The notes below the pieces were generated by a model, which worked only from the letters and a program-made list of their open reading frames with translations, was not told the DNA's origin and made no database searches. Below, in pieces: positions 61,900 to 64,000 of a stretch of DNA of 64,000 nucleotides. The stretch covers positions 54,934,001 through 54,998,000 of the forward strand of contig NC_086097.1 of the NCBI RefSeq assembly GCF_963921235.1, given 5' to 3'. This DNA is from Mobula hypostoma. Taxonomy: Eukaryota. Numbering within the stretch: position 1 is the stretch's first letter; every line of letters begins with the position of its first letter. Made by a program: the position numbers and the translations under genes.

Positions 61900-63525
61900 T
61901 TTAAGGTCTAGACTAACTTGATGGAAATCCATGGCTCACAAGTTGAAGCACTAGATTTTGGGCTAATTTTGTTGGCATTACATATGGACTTGCAAAGTTT
62001 AATTTGGAAGTGCCTGTTGACAGGTAAGGGGGTGTCTGCCATGTGGGAGGACTTTGGAAAGTGAGCAGCAAGGCTGGCAGGATTAGGGAAACCTGGATGA
62101 CTGGGATCTTGAGGATGTAGTCGGGGTGGGGGGGGAGGAGGCAACTAGGGTAAAGTAAATCTCTTGAATATGAGGGATTTAGAAGTACTTTTAAGAAGGA
62201 GACCAGGCAGGAAGGGCAAATGAGATATCCTTGGCAGATCAGGCAAAAGAGAATCCTAAAAGATTCTTTAAGCATATTAGAGCACGATGATAACTGAGGA
62301 GAGAATAGGTCCCCTTAAAAATCAGTGTGATGAGTGAGGTCTTGTATAACTTTTTTTCCCTCTGTATTTACTGTGGAGAAGGTCATGGAAGCTAATAAGC
62401 TCAAGAACAGTAAATTCATCGTGAAATAACTTACCAACGTTATGAAAGAGATGTTGGTGATCCTGAAGCACACAAGGTGGATAAATCCCTAGGGGCCATC
62501 CAAGTGTTTCCTAAAACATGGGGTTGGTTTATGATGTTAAAAGTTCGTTTCGTCACTTTTTTCGAGCTCTGTGCCTGAAGATTGCAAAGATCTTGCGTCT
62601 TCGGGCCCACAGCGAAAGATTTTCCGGCCTCCCTGATGACACATGAGTCTCCTGCCGTGATACCGACCCTCGATCCGCCTGTCTGCAGAGCCCCGAGATC
62701 TTAGGCTTCTGAACATGATCGAGAATCACAGGCCAAACTCTTGGCATGTCGAATAATGACCAGTCATGGAAACCCTAGGACGGGTCCCATTCCCACAAAG
62801 AACTGAAGCCTGCATGTAACTCCAGGTTAGGGTCTTCAAAAGAACCCTGAAAGGGAAAAATGAAGATATTAAAGGTAGAAATAGAGCTGTTTACGAAGAT
62901 GCAAGCAGAGGAGTCACCGTTAGGTGCCATTATCCCTCCTAAGCTCCGCCGCCTTCGATAACAATTATCTATGTGGGACTTAGCAAGACTTTTAACAAGG
63001 TCTTGCCTGGTTGGCTGGTCCAGAAGGTGGATCACATGGGATGCATGGTGTAACAGCTAACAGGATATAAAATTGGTTTGGTAATAGGAGTCAAAGGGTG
63101 GTGGTGAAGGATTTCTTTTCTAGATTCAGTTCCTGCGATGATGCCAAAAGTGGTGGTGTGTTGTTCAGTGACGAAAGTTGTCTGAGATTACAACAGTAGC
63201 TAGATCAACACAGAGGCAGAAAAACTTATGGTATCTACTATACATTAAGCATAAATTTATCAAGAACTACTTAACTACATTGCTTTACAACACAAAGGAA
63301 TGGCAGGTGGAATGTAACTCCGCGATGTGACACACTTGGAGAAATTAAACCAGAGCAGTGCATGGGCATTAAATGGCAGGGTCCTGGAGTGATGTGGATC
63401 AGCATTGTTGCACAGTGGTGAAGAAGACAAATGTCAAGGCATTGAGTACAAGAGTCGGAATTTCGTGTTACAGCTGAAACAAGACATTGGTGGGACAGCA
63501 CTTGGAGTAGTGTTCATTGAAGTGC
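61900..63525 (+). mobile_element. Heavily decayed CR1 interrupted by a minus-strand retroposon 5' segment (about 62520-62958)
   Basis: CR1-like remnants (KENPKRFFKHI; RHWWDSTWSS shadow of the LVRPHLEY region). The insert has a GC-rich head ATGGCACCTAACGGTGACTCC on the minus strand. Confidence 0.6.
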
Positions 63526-64000
63526 AGAAGATGATCGGCAGATTCTTCCAATGATAGTGAAATCCAAAGTTCAGGACACAAGCTTGACAAATATTTGAAA
63601 GATGCATGACGTGCCAGAAAACACATTCTGGAGCAGCAGGAAAGTTACCAAGGTTAATTGCTCCCATCTCATCTGCTCCATTTTTACACTTACCAGTGGA
63701 CTACATTTATTTTCCAAAGCGTCAATGATACTCAGGAGGTACTGGTACTAGTGGACAAGTTTTCAAGCTGGGTGGAAACTATTCTAACAAGGAAAGCCAC
63801 TCTCACGTTATATTCCTGGATGGATATTGCTATGTCATATCAGCTCTGACCAAGAACACATTTCATTGGGAGTGTTTGTCAGGAATTATGTCGACTGATG
63901 AACAATGAATGGTCTTTTTTATTGTCCACGTCACCCAGAGTGATCAGGACAAGTCAAATGAATGAATGGAACCATCAAACAATGACCGAGTATCATGTGG
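63526..64000 (+). mobile_element. ERV-like (class I/epsilon-like) integrase remnant, runs off the window end
   Basis: Manual reading across frameshifts gives RCMTCQK (zinc finger CxxC), PFLHLPVDYI, VLVLVDKFSSWVET, ISSDQ, CP.HPE*SGQVK*MNGTIKQ. Confidence 0.75.

Overview
Eukaryotic, repeat-dense genomic DNA. The repeat inventory (CR1/HER1-like LINEs, an HE1/V-SINE-like SINE, Penelope elements with hammerhead tails, Rex1-, RTE- and Tx1-like LINEs) suggests a cartilaginous fish, probably a ray; this taxon call is an inference. Almost all ORFs in the track are transposon debris or antisense shadows. Main structure: one old minus-strand BEL/Pao LTR retrotransposon (LTRs at about 10282-10831 and 40512-41034) has been expanded from about 7 kb to about 31 kb by roughly 18 nested insertions. 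These include a Helitron, CR1s, a solo LTR, Tigger, RTE, Penelope, Tx1 and SINE-like elements. The youngest insertion is a Gmr1-like Gypsy element (25172-30148) with two 854-bp LTRs differing at one site that I could find, a CACC TSD, a tRNA-Pro PBS and a PPT. Its single 989-codon ORF has intact Gag and protease followed by an in-frame patchwork of catalytically dead integrase and RT remnants. Penelope tails carry minimal hammerhead ribozyme motifs, including a tandem pair at about 8.0-8.15 kb. A CpG-rich unique segment at about 45.6-46.1 kb looks like a possibly bidirectional host promoter with a first coding exon (MASTDNSIL) of a gene I cannot identify. An ERV-like integrase remnant ends the window.
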